Assembly: GCA_036560185.1 (NCBI GenBank)
Contig: DATBRS010000135.1
Span: 3,583-67,582, forward strand
Direction: 5' to 3'
Length of the DNA: 64,000 nucleotides
Source: Myxococcota bacterium
GTDB taxonomy: Bacteria; Myxococcota_A; UBA9160; UBA6930
Notes under the pieces: generated by a model
Databases searched by the model: none
What the model saw: the letters and a program-made list of their open reading frames with translations, nothing else
Told to the model about the DNA's origin: nothing
Translations under genes and position numbers: made by a program
Shown: in pieces, positions 54,460 to 63,830 of the stretch
How positions within the stretch are numbered: position 1 is the stretch's first letter
Layout of the letters: each line of letters begins with the position of its first letter

Positions 54460-55389
54460 TCACTCCTTCGGCGCGAGCTTTCGCACCACCGCTGCCTTGC
54501 CGGTGCTGCCCCAGTCGAGGCCGACGAAGTCGAAGTGCGAGGCGATGTCGTCGCTCGCGGGCTCGCGGCGCGTGCTCGAGAACGCGGGGCCCGCGGCCGT
54601 GAGGCCGCCGTCCACCACCAGCGCTTCGCCGGTCACGAACTCGCTCTCGTCGCTCGCGAGGAACAGGGCGGCGTTCGCGATGTGCTCGCCGCGGCCGTGC
54701 GATGGCCACGGCTGCAGCTTGTCGAGACGCGACTTGGTCGCGTCCTCGTGCCCGCGGTGCAGCAGCGGCGTCAAGATGCCGCCCGGGCAGATCGCGTTCA
54801 CCCGGATGCGCAGCGGCGCGAGCTCGAGCGACGCAGCCCGCGTCAGGTTGATCACGCCCGCCTTGCACGCGGAATAACAAGCCGGCCCGGCGCCGCCGGA
54901 GAGCCCCGCGACCGAAGCGGTGTTGATGATCGATCCGCCCCGGCCCGCCTTCTTCAGCGCGCGGCCCGCGTGCTTGATGCCGAGGAACACGCCGCGCAGC
55001 AGCACCGCGCAGGTGGCGTCCCAATCCTCGACGTCGAGCTCGAGCAGGCTGCCGAGCGCGCCGCCGATGCCGGCGTTGTTGAACACGCAGTCGATGCCGC
55101 CGAACTGATCCTGCGCGCGCTCGATCATCGCGACCACGTCGTCCTCGTCGGCGACGTTCGTGCGCACGAAGGCGGCGCGCTCCGCGGCGCCGGCTCGGGT
55201 CGCGAGCTCGAGGGCTTCCTTGCCGGTGGCCTCGTTCATGTCTGCGATCACCACGCTCGCGCCCTCGGCGAGGAAACGCAGCGCCGTCGCGCGACCCATG
55301 CCGCTCGCGCCGCCCGTAATCACCGCCACTCTGCCCGCGAGCCGTCCCGCCGCGACCTCGACCGATCTCTTCCGCGTCGGCATCCGCAA
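54460..55389 (-). CDS. SDR family oxidoreductase
   Basis: Track ORF (309 aa). VAVITGGASGMGRA (TGxxxGxG), NNAG, and YSACK (YxxxK). Confidence 0.88.
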   Translation of the reverse strand: MRMPTRKRSVEVAAGRLAGRVAVITGGASGMGRATALRFLAEGASVVIADMNEATGKEALELATRAGAAERAAFVRTNVADEDDVVAMIERAQDQFGGIDCVFNNAGIGGALGSLLELDVEDWDATCAVLLRGVFLGIKHAGRALKKAGRGGSIINTASVAGLSGGAGPACYSACKAGVINLTRAASLELAPLRIRVNAICPGGILTPLLHRGHEDATKSRLDKLQPWPSHGRGEHIANAALFLASDESEFVTGEALVVDGGLTAAGPAFSSTRREPASDDIASHFDFVGLDWGSTGKAAVVRKLAPKE

Positions 55390-55420
55390 CCTCCCACGCC
55401 CGGTCGAGCGCGGTGCGACG

Positions 55421-57529
55421 CTAGCCCGCTGCGCGTTCGGCGGGCGAGCCGGCGTCGCGCGCGCGCCAGAGCCGTGCGGCTTCGAGCGCCGGCACGGGCA
55501 TGCTGAACAGGTAGCCCTGCGCTTCGTCGCAGCCCCAGACGGCGACGAGGTCGCGCTCGGCCTCCTTCTCGACGCCTTCCGCGATCACGCGCAGCCACAG
55601 CGCCTTCGCCATCGCGACGATCGAGGCGGTGAGCGCCGCAGCATCCTCGCGCGCCGAGATCTCCGCGATGAATTCGCGATCGATCTTCACGATCTGCACA
55701 GGCAACTTGCGCAGGTAGGAGAGCGACGAGTAGCCCGTGCCGAAATCGTCGAGCGCGAGCTCGACGCCGAGCTCGCGCAGGGCGCGCAGCTCGCGGATCG
55801 CGCGCTCGGTGTCGCCGAGCAGCGCGCTCTCGGTGACTTCGATGCCGAGCTGCGCCGCGCTCGCGCCCGTCTCGCGCAGAATCTCGGCCACGCGTGCCGC
55901 GACGCCCTCGCGGTGGAATTGTTGCGCCGACAGATTCACCGCCACCGGGACGTCGCCGAGGCCGGCGTCACGCCACGCGACGATCTGCCGGCAGGCCGCG
56001 CGCACGACCCAGTCGCCCAGCGCACCGATCAGGCCGGATTCCTCGGCGATCGGGATGAACTCCGCCGGCGCGAGCAGCCCGAGCTCGGGCTCTTGCCAGC
56101 GCACGAGGCCCTCGAAGCCGACGATCCCGCCGGAGCCGAGCGCCACCTTCGGCTGGTAGTGCAGCGTCAGCTCGCCGCGCTCGATCGCGCCGCGCAGCCG
56201 GCCGGCGAGGGTGAAGCGGCGCAGCGCGGCCGCGCTCGTCGCGGCGCTGTGTGGCTGCACCCGCGCGCCGGAATGCCGCGCCTGCGCGAGCGCGCGCTCC
56301 GCGGCGCGCAGCACGGCGTCGGCAGTCTCGCCGTCGCGCGGGAACAGCGCCGTGCCCGCGCTCGCCGCGATCAGCAGCTCATGGCTACCGAGGCGGATCG
56401 GGGCGTCGAGCGCGACGAGCGTACGCTCCGCGCGTCCGAGCAGGGCGGCGCAATCGGAGACGCCGGGCACGAGCAGCGTGAACTGCGCCGCGCTCGCGCA
56501 GGCGACGAGCTCGCCGCCCGCGGTAGCGGTGAGGCGCCGCGCGGCCTCGCGCAGCAGGTCGTCGGCGGCGGCGCGGCCGAGCGACTCGGCGACGCGCTCG
56601 ATCCCGTCGATGCCGAGCGAGATCACGCCGATCTCCCCCGCGCGCGGAGCGAGCCGCGCGAATGCGCCCAACAACCCGGCGCGGTTCGGCAAGCCCGTGA
56701 CTGCGTCGTGCTCGGCGAGAAACTCCGCGCGCGCCTCGGAGCTCCGCCAAGCGCTCACGTCCTGCACGATGCCTTCGAGCGCGACCGCCTCGCCGTCGGC
56801 GCTCAGCGCGAGCTGCATGCGATAGCGGAGCGCGCGCTGCGTGCCGTCGGCGCCGATCACGCGCAGCTCGCCGCCCGCACCGCGGCCGCTGCGCAGGCAC
56901 TCGCGCATGCGCTCCGCCAACTCCTCGCGCTCGCCGCGCGCGAGCCGCGGCAGCATGCCGCGCGCACTGCCGAGCACGCGCCAGAGCGCGGCGTCGCCGC
57001 CGAGCACGCGCGTCGCGAGGTCGTACCGCCAGCTCGCGAGCTGGGCGAGCTGTTGGGCTTCGCGCAGGCGCTGCTCGCTCTCGCGCAGCGCGCGCTGCTG
57101 CGCGCGCGCGCGGAGCAGGAACCGAACGCGCTGCGCCAGCGCGGCGAGCGGCTCGCCCTTGCTCGCGAAATCGCTGGCGCCGGCGTCGAAGGCGCGCGCG
57201 ACCGCGGCGTCATCGCTCCGCCCGGTCAGCACGATGATGGGCGTCTCGCGCCCGTCCGCGCGCGCGCGGATGCGTTCGCAGACGTCCGTGCCGGCGAGGT
57301 CCGGCAGGCCGAGATCGAGCACGACCAGGTCGGGCGCGCCGTCCGCGAACGCCGCGAGCGCCTCGGCGCCGGTCGCGGCGAACGTCAGCGCGAATCCATC
57401 GCGCGCGAGCAGGCGCCGGAGCGCGCGGCGAATTCCCGCGTCGTCGTCGACGACCAGCACCCGCGCGCGCTTCTGCGCCGCGTCTGCCGCCTCACGAGCC
57501 GGCGTTTCGGGATGCCAAGCCGTCGTCAT
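55421..57529 (-). CDS. Response-regulator receiver - PAS - degenerate GGDEF - EAL protein (c-di-GMP phosphodiesterase candidate)
   Basis: ATG 57529 inside track ORF 55421-57661. REC VLVVDDD...DLVVLDLGLPD. The GGDEF position reads SAAQF. EAL domain EGLVRW, DDFGTGYSSLSYL, KIDREF and EGVE. Confidence 0.9.
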   Translation of the reverse strand: MTTAWHPETPAREAADAAQKRARVLVVDDDAGIRRALRRLLARDGFALTFAATGAEALAAFADGAPDLVVLDLGLPDLAGTDVCERIRARADGRETPIIVLTGRSDDAAVARAFDAGASDFASKGEPLAALAQRVRFLLRARAQQRALRESEQRLREAQQLAQLASWRYDLATRVLGGDAALWRVLGSARGMLPRLARGEREELAERMRECLRSGRGAGGELRVIGADGTQRALRYRMQLALSADGEAVALEGIVQDVSAWRSSEARAEFLAEHDAVTGLPNRAGLLGAFARLAPRAGEIGVISLGIDGIERVAESLGRAAADDLLREAARRLTATAGGELVACASAAQFTLLVPGVSDCAALLGRAERTLVALDAPIRLGSHELLIAASAGTALFPRDGETADAVLRAAERALAQARHSGARVQPHSAATSAAALRRFTLAGRLRGAIERGELTLHYQPKVALGSGGIVGFEGLVRWQEPELGLLAPAEFIPIAEESGLIGALGDWVVRAACRQIVAWRDAGLGDVPVAVNLSAQQFHREGVAARVAEILRETGASAAQLGIEVTESALLGDTERAIRELRALRELGVELALDDFGTGYSSLSYLRKLPVQIVKIDREFIAEISAREDAAALTASIVAMAKALWLRVIAEGVEKEAERDLVAVWGCDEAQGYLFSMPVPALEAARLWRARDAGSPAERAAG

Positions 57530-57580
57530 CGCGAAGCTTTTCGGCGGCGAGCGAGGGCGGCTTGAGCGCCCCTCTCCCCC

Positions 57581-57619
57581 GCAGCGAAAGAAAGGGGTCT
57601 GACCCCTTTCTTTCGCTGC
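57581..57619 (-). terminator. Perfect 17-bp stem / 5-nt loop hairpin downstream of the epimerase gene; candidate intrinsic terminator (no U tract)
   Basis: GCAGCGAAAGAAAGGGG-TCTGA-CCCCTTTCTTTCGCTGC. It begins 19 nt after the stop at 57639 and lies 51 nt upstream of the next minus-strand start (57529). Confidence 0.6.
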
Positions 57620-57638
57620 GCCACGGGGCGCCGCGGCG

Positions 57639-58652
57639 TCACCCCGCGAGTCGCCCCACAAGCCTCGCCGGCAGGTGCCCCGCGCGGTGCATCCAGCGGA
57701 TCGCGTCCGCGTACGTCTCGCCGGCGCCTCGGAAGTGCACGCCGAGCTCGCGCGTCGTGCGGCTCGCGTCGACGCCGGGCCACTGCGTCGCGTAGACCAT
57801 CGAGTCGAGCGTGAGCGGGAACGCGAAATCGACGAAGCCCTTCACGAAATCGCCCGCGCGGCCGAGCCGGCGCATCCCGGCGCCCGAGATCGCGACGCGC
57901 CGGCGCAGCTTGTGGCCGGTCACGCGCTCGATCGTGGCGTAGTTCTCCGCCCAGCTCAGCATCGGGGAAGCCGCCGCATAGCGATGCGGCCCCGGCGGCG
58001 ACTCGAGCAGCTTCACGTGCAGCGCGGCGACGTCGCGCACGTCGACGGGCTGGAAGCCGCCGTCGGTGTCGACCGATAGCTGCGCGATCCACGCCCAGAG
58101 CGCGCGGTTGGCGTCGGTCATGCCCGGGTCGTCGGGGCCGAGGATGCCCGCCGGGTACGAGATGCGGATCGGCGCGCCGCCCTCCTGCAGCCGGCGCACG
58201 ACGCGTTCCCCTTCCACCTTCGAGCGGCCGTAGGCCGTGGTCGCGTCCACGATCGGGCTCTCGGGCGTGATCGCCGGGCCGGGCTGGAAGAACACCGACA
58301 TGCTCGAGACGTAGACGATCGAGGGCAGGCCGCGTTTGGCGCCGCCGACCACCACGCGCTCGACGCCCGCCGCGTTCGTGTCGAGCACGCGCTGCGCCAT
58401 CTTGCGCCGCAGGTCGACGAGCGCGGCCGCGTGGAAGACGGCGTCGCAGCCGCGCATCGCGTCGGCGACGGACGCCTCCTCGACCACGTCTCCGACCACG
58501 ACGTCGCTGGGCACGAAGCCGTGCGGCGCGAACACGCGCTTCACCTTGTCGCGATCGCGCACCAGCAGCCGCACGTGGTGGCCCGCGGCGACGAGCGCAC
58601 GCACGGTGTGCGAGCCCGTGAAGCCCGTGCCGCCCGTGACCATCACGCGCAT
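57639..58652 (-). CDS. NAD-dependent epimerase/dehydratase family protein
   Basis: ATG 58652 inside track ORF 57639-59027 (whose listed start is TTG). MRVMVTGGTGFTGSH Rossmann motif and YGRSK (YxxxK). Confidence 0.85.
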   Translation of the reverse strand: MRVMVTGGTGFTGSHTVRALVAAGHHVRLLVRDRDKVKRVFAPHGFVPSDVVVGDVVEEASVADAMRGCDAVFHAAALVDLRRKMAQRVLDTNAAGVERVVVGGAKRGLPSIVYVSSMSVFFQPGPAITPESPIVDATTAYGRSKVEGERVVRRLQEGGAPIRISYPAGILGPDDPGMTDANRALWAWIAQLSVDTDGGFQPVDVRDVAALHVKLLESPPGPHRYAAASPMLSWAENYATIERVTGHKLRRRVAISGAGMRRLGRAGDFVKGFVDFAFPLTLDSMVYATQWPGVDASRTTRELGVHFRGAGETYADAIRWMHRAGHLPARLVGRLAG

Positions 58653-58791
58653 CGGCTGCGCCCGCGGGTTCGCATGCGCCGGAGCGTACTGCGTTCGCGA
58701 CGCAAAACCGCGCAAGCGCGCCCGCTCGCGCGCGCAGATCGCTTCGCGAAACGCAGCGTCGTAAGCTGGCCGGCTCACCGAGGAGTCGCCG

Positions 58792-59886
58792 ATGCGCGCA
58801 GCGCTGCACGTGGAGAAAGGCAAGCCGATCGAGTTGGTGGACGACGTCGAGATTCGCGACCCGCGCGCGGGCGAGGTGCTCGTGCGCGTGCACGCCTGCG
58901 GGCTCTGCCACTCGGACGTCACCGTGATGGACGTCGGGATGACGACGCCGATCGTGCTCGGGCACGAGGCCGCGGGCGTCGTCGAGGCGGTGGGCGCCGG
59001 CGTCACGTCGCACAAGCCCGGCGACAAGGTGGTGCTGACGCCGTGCCCGCCGTGCGGAACTTGTTACTGGTGCGTGCGCGGCGAGTTCAGCGTGTGCAAG
59101 CTCGCGCTGGGCGTGATGACCGGCGCGTTCCCCGATGGCTCGACCGGGCTCTCGCGGAAAGGCGAGCGCGTATGGCGAGGGCTCAACGTCGCCGCCTTCG
59201 CCGAATACACCGTGACGCAGGCGCAGGGCGCCGTGGTCGTGCCCCAGGACACGCCGCTCGAGATCGCGTGCGTGGTGGGCTGCGCGGTGCAGACCGGCGT
59301 CGGCGCCGTGCTCAACGCCGCGAAGGTGGAGGAGGGCGCGACCGTGTTCGTGACCGGCCTCGGCGGCATCGGACTCTCGGTGGTGCAAGGCGCGCGGCTC
59401 GCGAACGCGGCGCAAGTGATCGTGAGCGATCCGGTCGCCGCACGCCGCGAGACCGCCAAGGCGCTCGGCGCGACCCACGCGATCGATCCCGGCAAGGACG
59501 ATCCGATCGCGGCCGTGCAGCAGCTCACGGGCGGCATCGGCGTCGACTACGCCTTCGAGGCCGCGGGCGTCGCCTCGCTCGTCACGCAGTGTTTCTTCGC
59601 CGCACGCCTCGGCGGAAAGATCATCGTCGTCGGCGCGCCGCCGATCGATCAGGCGGTGACCCTCGCGCCCGCCGCGCTGCTCGCCTCCATGGGCAAGACC
59701 CTGCGCGGCACGCTGCTCGGCGACTGCAACAGCGTGCGCGACATCCCGCGCTTCCTCGCCCTCTGGCGCGCGGGGCGGCTCGACCTCGACGCACTGATCA
59801 CCGGCCGCAGGCCGCTCGGCGAGATCAACGAGGCGATCGCGGATCTGCGGGCCGCGAAGGGCGTGCGGACGGTGCTGGCGGTGTGA
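58792..59886 (+). CDS. Zinc-dependent alcohol dehydrogenase family oxidoreductase
   Basis: Track ORF (364 aa), with AGGAG upstream. CGLCHSD, GHEAAGVV, structural-zinc Cys cluster CPPCGTCYWCVRGEFSVC, and VTGLGGIGLS. Confidence 0.88.
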   Translation: MRAALHVEKGKPIELVDDVEIRDPRAGEVLVRVHACGLCHSDVTVMDVGMTTPIVLGHEAAGVVEAVGAGVTSHKPGDKVVLTPCPPCGTCYWCVRGEFSVCKLALGVMTGAFPDGSTGLSRKGERVWRGLNVAAFAEYTVTQAQGAVVVPQDTPLEIACVVGCAVQTGVGAVLNAAKVEEGATVFVTGLGGIGLSVVQGARLANAAQVIVSDPVAARRETAKALGATHAIDPGKDDPIAAVQQLTGGIGVDYAFEAAGVASLVTQCFFAARLGGKIIVVGAPPIDQAVTLAPAALLASMGKTLRGTLLGDCNSVRDIPRFLALWRAGRLDLDALITGRRPLGEINEAIADLRAAKGVRTVLAV

Positions 59887-59917
59887 GGGCTCCGCGCCGG
59901 CGAGGCCGTTCGCGGGA

Positions 59918-60667
59918 TCAGGCGAGCGCGAGCCAAGCCGCGCTCCTGCGCACGGCCTCCCTCATCTCCCCGGCGCACTGATCCAGCTCCACCAGCATCC
60001 AGTCCGCATGCGTCGCCTCGCGCATCGCACTTCTCAGGTCCACCACGCCGTCGCCGAGCGCGACCATCGGCGACTCGGGCTTGTCCGCGGGGCCGTCCTT
60101 CAGGTGGAGGCGCGTGACGCGCGGGCCGAGCGCGCGGATCACGTCGGCTGGCTCGCGCTTCGCGGTGGTCGCCCAGTAGATGTCGAGCTCGATCTCGACT
60201 GCGGGATCGAGGCGCGCGACGAGCGCGTCGAACGCCGTGCCGCCGTCCTCCAGGGCCCGCCACTCCCAGAAGTGATTGTGGTAGCCGAGACGCAGGCCGC
60301 GATTCTGCGCGAGCGCGCTCGCGGCATTCAACTCGTCCGCGAGCGCGGCCACGGCGGCCGCCGACTCGAAACGATTCGGGTGACCCATGGGCACGACCAC
60401 GAGCGGCGCTCCGAGCGTCTGCGCGCCGTCGAAGGCGCGCGCGGCTGCGGCGTCGCCGAGCGCCATCGCGTGCATGGAGGCGACCGCGAGGCCGCGCGCA
60501 TCGAGCTGCGCGCGGAAGTCGCGCGCGCTGCGCTCGTGCAGCGCCGCGACCTCGACGCCCGCGTAGCCGCAGCGCGCGACGAACGCGAGCGTGCCCTCGA
60601 GATCGCGCGCGCACTCCTCGCGCAGCGTGTAGAGCTGGACGCCGAAGCGAGCCGCCATGCGCCGCAC
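59918..60667 (-). CDS. Sugar phosphate isomerase/epimerase (xylose isomerase-like TIM barrel)
   Basis: Track ORF (249 aa; alternative ATG 60658). FGVQLYTLRE, GYAGVEV, LGYHNHFWEW and LHLKD. Confidence 0.85.
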   Translation of the reverse strand: MRRMAARFGVQLYTLREECARDLEGTLAFVARCGYAGVEVAALHERSARDFRAQLDARGLAVASMHAMALGDAAAARAFDGAQTLGAPLVVVPMGHPNRFESAAAVAALADELNAASALAQNRGLRLGYHNHFWEWRALEDGGTAFDALVARLDPAVEIELDIYWATTAKREPADVIRALGPRVTRLHLKDGPADKPESPMVALGDGVVDLRSAMREATHADWMLVELDQCAGEMREAVRRSAAWLALA

Positions 60668-60735
60668 GCTACCGCGGCGACGCGAGGGCGACGCGACGCC
60701 CGCGATAGACTGCGCGCCTTTGCGAGGAGCTCGCG

Positions 60736-61845
60736 ATGAGTCAGCCAGCCGACCCGACCCAGCGCTTGATGGACGGCCGCGCGTGGGAGGAGTTCTGCGA
60801 CACGCTGAAGGCAGCGGGCGCGGTGGTGCTCGCGCCGTCGACGCCGAACGACCCGCTGGATCGCGCCGAGGGCTACCGCTACCTGACGCGGCTCTTGCGC
60901 GCGGGCCTCGAGACCTACGTCGAAGCGTCGGACTCCGAGCATCCCGTCTTTCAGCGCACGACCGGCGAGACGGTGAAGATGGGAATGGACAGCCCGGACA
61001 ACATCTATCTCAACGCGCCGGTGAACGGCGCGCACGACTACCGCATCTGGGGCACGCGCGGCTCCGTGCACTACCTCGGCTTCGGCTCGCAGAAAGGCAA
61101 CTACGCCTCGACCGGCTCGCTGCAAACGACGGGCTATCTCGAGGCGAAGGACATGAAGCTCGGCGCGGGCGGCAGCTTCGAGATCATCGCGAGCAGCAAC
61201 AAGCCGGCGGGCGAGGTGAACTGGCTGCCGATGGAGCCGGAGTCGCGCATGATCCAGATCCGCCAGACGCGGCTCGATCACGCGAAGGAGGAGCCCGCGC
61301 AGGTGAAGATCGAGCGCATCGGCGGCGCCGGCGCGGTGAAGCCGCTCGATCCCGTGCGCTTCGACCGCATGCTGCAGGGTGCCGCGAAGATGGTGCTGGG
61401 CACGTCGAAGCTCTTCCAGAAATGGAGCGAAGGCTTCACCAAGCACACGAATCAGCTGCCGCGCTTCCCGCACGAGGTGGCGTTCGCGGCCGGCGGCGAT
61501 CCGAACATCGCGTACTACCACTCGCACTGGGCGCTCGCGCCGGACGAGGCGCTGGTCGTCGATCTCGCGCCGCCGGAGTGCGACTTCTGGAACTTCCAGC
61601 TCGCGAACTGGTGGATGGAGTCGCTCGACTATCGCTTCGCGAAGATCCACATCAACAAGCACACCGCGCAGTACGCGACCGACGGCACGGTGCGAGCGAT
61701 CGTCGCGCACCGCGATCCCGGACTCCCGAACTGGCTCGACACCTGCGGGCACGAGACCGGCACGATGTGCGTGCGCTGGATCCGCGCGAAGTCGCACCCC
61801 GATCCGCGCGCGCGCGTGGTGAAGCTGGCGGAGCTCGCGAAGTGA
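60736..61845 (+). CDS. DUF1214-like domain protein
   Basis: Track ORF (369 aa). AEGYRYLTRLLRAGLE and NFWNFQLANWWMESLDY are patterns I associate with DUF1214/DUF1254 proteins. Family-level call only. Confidence 0.6.
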   Translation: MSQPADPTQRLMDGRAWEEFCDTLKAAGAVVLAPSTPNDPLDRAEGYRYLTRLLRAGLETYVEASDSEHPVFQRTTGETVKMGMDSPDNIYLNAPVNGAHDYRIWGTRGSVHYLGFGSQKGNYASTGSLQTTGYLEAKDMKLGAGGSFEIIASSNKPAGEVNWLPMEPESRMIQIRQTRLDHAKEEPAQVKIERIGGAGAVKPLDPVRFDRMLQGAAKMVLGTSKLFQKWSEGFTKHTNQLPRFPHEVAFAAGGDPNIAYYHSHWALAPDEALVVDLAPPECDFWNFQLANWWMESLDYRFAKIHINKHTAQYATDGTVRAIVAHRDPGLPNWLDTCGHETGTMCVRWIRAKSHPDPRARVVKLAELAK

Positions 61846-63002
61846 GCGCGGGCGCCGCACCCACGTTCGTGCCGGAGGAGCTGCTCGCCGAGGCGCGCGC
61901 GGCGGCGAAGCTCGATGACTTCGGCGGCGACGACTTCCTGCCGGGCTTGCGCGCGCTGTGCGGCACCTACGAGGCGAGCGCGTGGTCCGAGAAGGGGCGC
62001 ACGCGCAACCGCCGCCGGCTCGTGAGCCTGCTCGCGACGCGCCTCAAGCTGGAGGCCGCACTCGCGCAGCACCCCGAGATTCTCGCGCGCCCGGTCAAGC
62101 AGCCCGTCGTGCTGACCGGGCTACCGCGCTCCGGCACCTCGGCGCTGTTCAGCTTGTTAGGTGCGGATCCCGCCGCGCGCCCGCTGCGGCTGTGGGAGAC
62201 GCAGTGCCCCGATCCGCTCGCGCTGCCGCCGGGCACGCCCGATCCGCGCCGCGCCGCGATCGAGGCGTACTACGCGCAAGGCCGCGAGAAGCGCCCCGAG
62301 TTCACGAAGATCCACTTCACCAGCGCCGACACGCCGGAGGAGTGCGTGCTGCTGCACGCCTACGCGATGCACGGCGTGCAGATGGGCGTCGAGGTGTTCG
62401 TCGAGCCCTACGCGAGCTGGTATCAGGCCGAGACCGCCGACTTGCGCGGGCTTTACGCCTATCAGAAGCGGCTGATGCAGCTGCTCGATTGGCAGCGGCC
62501 GGGCGAGCGCTGGCTGCTGAAGGCGCCGGCGCATCTGTGGGGCTTCGACGCGCTGATCGCGACCTTCCCCGACGTCGCGGTGGTCTGGAATCACCGCGAC
62601 CCCGTCGCGTGCATCGCGTCCGCCTGCAGCATGACGCAGGCGCTCATGGCGACGCTGAGCTTCGATCCGAAGCAGCTCGGCCCCGCGGTGCTCGAGTTCT
62701 ATGCGCGCTCGCTCGACCGCGGGCTCGCGTGGCGCGAGAAGGCCGACCCCGCGCGCTTCTTCGACGTGCCCTACGCCGAGCTCACGGCCGAACCGCTCGC
62801 CTGCGCCGAGCGCATCTACGCACACTTCGCGCTGCCGCTCCCGCCGGCGTCGCGCGACGCGCTGCGCGCATTCGCGGCAGAGCATCCCGAAGGCAAGCAC
62901 GGCAAGCACGAGTACGAGCTCGCGCAGTACGGGCTCGACGAAGAGCGCGTACGCGCGCGCTTCGCGAGCTACGGCGCGCGCTTCGGCGGGCTGCATGAGT
63001 GA
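61842..63002 (+). CDS. Sulfotransferase family protein (PAPS-dependent, Sulfotransfer_3-like)
   Basis: GTG 61842 overlaps the upstream stop (GTGA), in the frame of track ORF 60657-63002. 5'-PSB loop VVLTGLPRSGTSALFSLL and LLKAPAHL. Confidence 0.8.
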   Translation: MSAGAAPTFVPEELLAEARAAAKLDDFGGDDFLPGLRALCGTYEASAWSEKGRTRNRRRLVSLLATRLKLEAALAQHPEILARPVKQPVVLTGLPRSGTSALFSLLGADPAARPLRLWETQCPDPLALPPGTPDPRRAAIEAYYAQGREKRPEFTKIHFTSADTPEECVLLHAYAMHGVQMGVEVFVEPYASWYQAETADLRGLYAYQKRLMQLLDWQRPGERWLLKAPAHLWGFDALIATFPDVAVVWNHRDPVACIASACSMTQALMATLSFDPKQLGPAVLEFYARSLDRGLAWREKADPARFFDVPYAELTAEPLACAERIYAHFALPLPPASRDALRAFAAEHPEGKHGKHEYELAQYGLDEERVRARFASYGARFGGLHE

Positions 63003-63026
63003 GGCCCGCGGCGTGACGAGCGGCGG

Positions 63027-63830
63027 ATGAACGACTTCGTGACCCGCTACGGCCCGTGGGCCGCCGTGCTCGGCGCGGCCCAGGGCATCGGCCTCGCATT
63101 CGCGGAGGAGCTCGCGCGCCGCGGCGCGTCGGTGCTGCTGCTCGACGTGCGCGAGGAGCTGCTCGAGGGCGCGGGCGATCGGGTGCGTGCCGTGAACGCG
63201 GCGATCGACGTCGAGACCGCCGCCATCGACCTCGCGGGCGACGACGTCGCGTCGCGCCTGCGCGGTGTGCTCGGCCGCCTCGACGTCGGGCTCGCGGTCT
63301 ACACCGCCATGCTGCCGCTCTCGGGCGCGTTCCTCGCCGTGCCGCTCGAGCGCCACCAGCGCGCGGTCGGCGTCGGCGTGAACGGCGTGCTCGCCGCGAG
63401 CCACTTCTTCGGCGAGCGGCTCGTGAAGCGCGGGCGCGGCGGATTGATCCTCACGTCCTCGCTCGCGGGTTATCAGGGCACCGCCTGGGTCGCCGAATAC
63501 GCGGCGGCGAAGGCGTTCGATCTCGTGCTCGCCGAGGGCTTGTGGTGGGAGTGGCGCGAGCACGGCGTCGACGTCGTCGCCCTCTGCCCCGGCAACACCG
63601 ACACGCCGGGGCTGCGCGGCAACCATCCGCGAGTCGATCCGAGCACGTTCGCGAATCCCGCCGACGTCGCGCGCGAGGCCCTCGATCACCTGCTCGTCGC
63701 GCGCGAGCGCGGACCGATCTGCATTCCCGGCGACGACAATCGCGCGCTGCGGGCGGCGTTCGACGGGATGCCGCGCAAGCAGGTGGTCGAGATCATCGGC
63801 GCGAGCACGAAGAAGATGTTCGCGGGATGA
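63027..63830 (+). CDS. SDR family oxidoreductase
   Basis: Track ORF (267 aa). AAVLGAAQGIGLA glycine-rich loop and YAAAK (YxxxK). Confidence 0.85.
   Translation: MNDFVTRYGPWAAVLGAAQGIGLAFAEELARRGASVLLLDVREELLEGAGDRVRAVNAAIDVETAAIDLAGDDVASRLRGVLGRLDVGLAVYTAMLPLSGAFLAVPLERHQRAVGVGVNGVLAASHFFGERLVKRGRGGLILTSSLAGYQGTAWVAEYAAAKAFDLVLAEGLWWEWREHGVDVVALCPGNTDTPGLRGNHPRVDPSTFANPADVAREALDHLLVARERGPICIPGDDNRALRAAFDGMPRKQVVEIIGASTKKMFAG

Noticed and set aside
55160-57565. 801-aa plus-strand ORF
   Set aside because: It is antisense to the REC-PAS-GGDEF-EAL gene and has no recognisable domains.
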